From NCBI GenBank assembly GCA_035939295.1, contig DASZGA010000005.1:1791-65790 (forward strand): a stretch of DNA of 64,000 bases, read 5' to 3'. Shown one piece after another: positions 62,781-64,000 of the stretch. The position numbers were made by a program, and so were the translations under genes. Below the pieces are notes generated by a model. The model saw only the letters and a list, made by a program, of their open reading frames with translations, did not search any database and had not been told where the DNA came from. How positions within the stretch are numbered: position 1 is the first letter of the stretch; every line of letters starts with the position of its first letter. Source of the DNA: Candidatus Elarobacter sp. (lineage in GTDB: Bacteria; Vulcanimicrobiota; Vulcanimicrobiia; Vulcanimicrobiales; Vulcanimicrobiaceae).

Positions 62781-62781
62781 C

Positions 62782-63813
62782 GTGCGCGTCCTCGTCACCG
62801 GCGGCGGCGGGTACATCGGCCTGGAGCTCTGCCGTCTGCTCCTCGAACGCGGCGACTCGGTCAGCGTCGTGGACCGGTTCTTCTTCGGCGAAGCGCCGCT
62901 GCGCGCGCTGGCGGAGCAGAGCGGCGGACTACTGACGTACGCCGCCGGCGACGTCCGGGCGCTCGACGAGGCATGGCTCGACGGGATCGATGCCGTCTCG
63001 CACCTCGCGGGGCTCTCGAACGACCCGACCGCGGAGTACAATCCCGAAGCGAACTGGGCGATGAACGCGGTCGCGACCGAACGTCTCGCGGAGGCGTGCA
63101 AACGGCGCGGGATCGAACGCTTCGTGTTCGGATCCTCGGCGTCGCTGTACGACGGGATCGGCCCCGGAATGTTCGACGAGCAGACTCCGGTGCAGCCGCG
63201 CGGCGCGTACTCGATCTCCAAGAAGTTCGCTGAAGATGCGCTGCTGCGGCTGGCGGACGACCGCTTCGCGCCGACGATCTTACGGCAAGGCACCGTGTAC
63301 GGCTGGTCGCCGCGGATGCGGTTCGACTTGGTGGTCAATACGTTTCTGAAAGACGCGGCGACCGCCGGGAAATTGTACCTGCACGGGGGCGGCTGGCAGT
63401 GGCGGCCGCTGGTCGACGTCACCGACGTCGCGCGCGCGCACGTCGTGTGCCTGAACGCGCCGCTCGAGGACGTCGGCGCGCAGCTGTTCAACGTGATGCA
63501 GGAGAACTATCAGGTGCGACAGCTGGCGATGCTCGTGGCAGGATCGCTTTCGCTGCACGGCCGGCACGTCACGCTCGAAGAGGCGCCGTTGCCGAAGCTC
63601 GTCCGCGACTACCGGATGTCGAACCTCAAGATGACGCAGCGCTTGGGGTTCACGCCGAGCGTCACGGTGCTGGAGTCGATCGACACGATGCTGGCGAAGC
63701 TTCCGCTGAGCGACATCGGATGGTTGGCCCACCCGCGCTGGTACAACATCGCCTGGATGAGCATTCTCGAAGAAGCGCACGGCGCGCAGCGACCGTTTTC
63801 TTCGATCTACTGA
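62782..63813 (+). CDS. NAD-dependent epimerase/dehydratase (extended SDR)
   Basis: GTG 62782; VLVTGGGGYIG, HLAGLSNDP, GSSASLY, AYSISK, LRQGTVYG.SPRMRFDLVVN, WRPLVDV.D. Confidence 0.88.
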   Translation: MRVLVTGGGGYIGLELCRLLLERGDSVSVVDRFFFGEAPLRALAEQSGGLLTYAAGDVRALDEAWLDGIDAVSHLAGLSNDPTAEYNPEANWAMNAVATERLAEACKRRGIERFVFGSSASLYDGIGPGMFDEQTPVQPRGAYSISKKFAEDALLRLADDRFAPTILRQGTVYGWSPRMRFDLVVNTFLKDAATAGKLYLHGGGWQWRPLVDVTDVARAHVVCLNAPLEDVGAQLFNVMQENYQVRQLAMLVAGSLSLHGRHVTLEEAPLPKLVRDYRMSNLKMTQRLGFTPSVTVLESIDTMLAKLPLSDIGWLAHPRWYNIAWMSILEEAHGAQRPFSSIY

Positions 63814-63871
63814 GTCCGGCGGACGGTCGCCGCCAGGCGTACGAGACGACCTCGGCAAACCGGGCCGCAGG

Positions 63872-64000
63872 ATGATCGACACCATCGAGGGCGTGCAGTA
63901 CGAGCGCCTCGAACGTCCCGGTTGCCCGTTGTGCGGGCAGCTGCATCCGGCGCGCGCGTTCGCCGTGAACTTCGGGATGACGGCTTCGGTTGCAGAATGC
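63872..64000 (+). CDS. Partial ORF (3' truncated), probably a methyltransferase with N-terminal Zn-binding CPxC motif
   Basis: ATG 63872: MIDTIEGVQYERLERPGCPLCG...VAEC; only 43 codons are visible. Confidence 0.4.
   Translation, partial: MIDTIEGVQYERLERPGCPLCGQLHPARAFAVNFGMTASVAEC

Noticed and set aside
561-63946. Many long alternative-frame and antisense ORFs in the track (e.g. 561-2498, 2823-6014, 12623-15817, 17109-21071, 24610-27360, 44325-48638)
   Set aside because: Arg/Ala/Pro-rich shadow ORFs expected in ~70% GC DNA; each overlaps a gene with recognisable family motifs and has none of its own.
1-64000. rRNA, tRNA, CRISPR arrays, transposases, integrases, prophage genes
   Set aside because: No cloverleaf, rRNA-like tract, regularly spaced repeats or mobile-element motifs were recognised; intergenic spaces are mostly under 135 bp.

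Overview
High-GC (about 70%), gene-dense bacterial DNA that is almost entirely a mosaic cell-envelope/surface-glycan region. It is from a diderm-looking organism; the gene style is reminiscent of Eremiobacterota, which I cannot verify. Left arm: the 3' part of a pyrimidine-nucleoside phosphorylase, hldD/rfaD, a GtrB/ArnC-like GT2 and two paralogous exported Ig-like proteins. These are followed by a translationally coupled minus-strand five-gene operon: [LptD-like barrel + CBM20-like protein] x2 + an MFS-acyltransferase fusion. This operon is the best candidate for an undescribed system. Centre: deoB heading a priming-GT/murJ/GT-C/WaaL-like/multi-domain GT/ugd operon, uxs, two RfbE-like SDRs, a DPM-synthase-like GT2, a PhyH dioxygenase, GT2-GT2 and GT2-GT4 polymerase-like enzymes, Wzm/Wzt with an unusual C-terminal domain, a triple Ig-like protein, a methyltransferase-coiled-coil with a 21-bp heptad VNTR, gmhB/hddA/gmhA, a TylF methyltransferase, an acyltransferase-3 with a duplicated periplasmic domain, a 1239-aa double GT-C protein, wzx, and a split-transketolase/TIGR03032/sulfotransferase cassette. 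Right arm: aminotransferase, second sulfotransferase, ECF sigma/anti-sigma triplet with a candidate autoregulated promoter, rmlB-rmlA-rmlD and further nucleotide-sugar genes running off the end. No rRNA, tRNA, CRISPR array or transposase was recognised. Product calls come from motif recognition by eye, with no database searches. Many start codons were re-assigned from the ORF track using coupled stop/start overlaps and Shine-Dalgarno sites.
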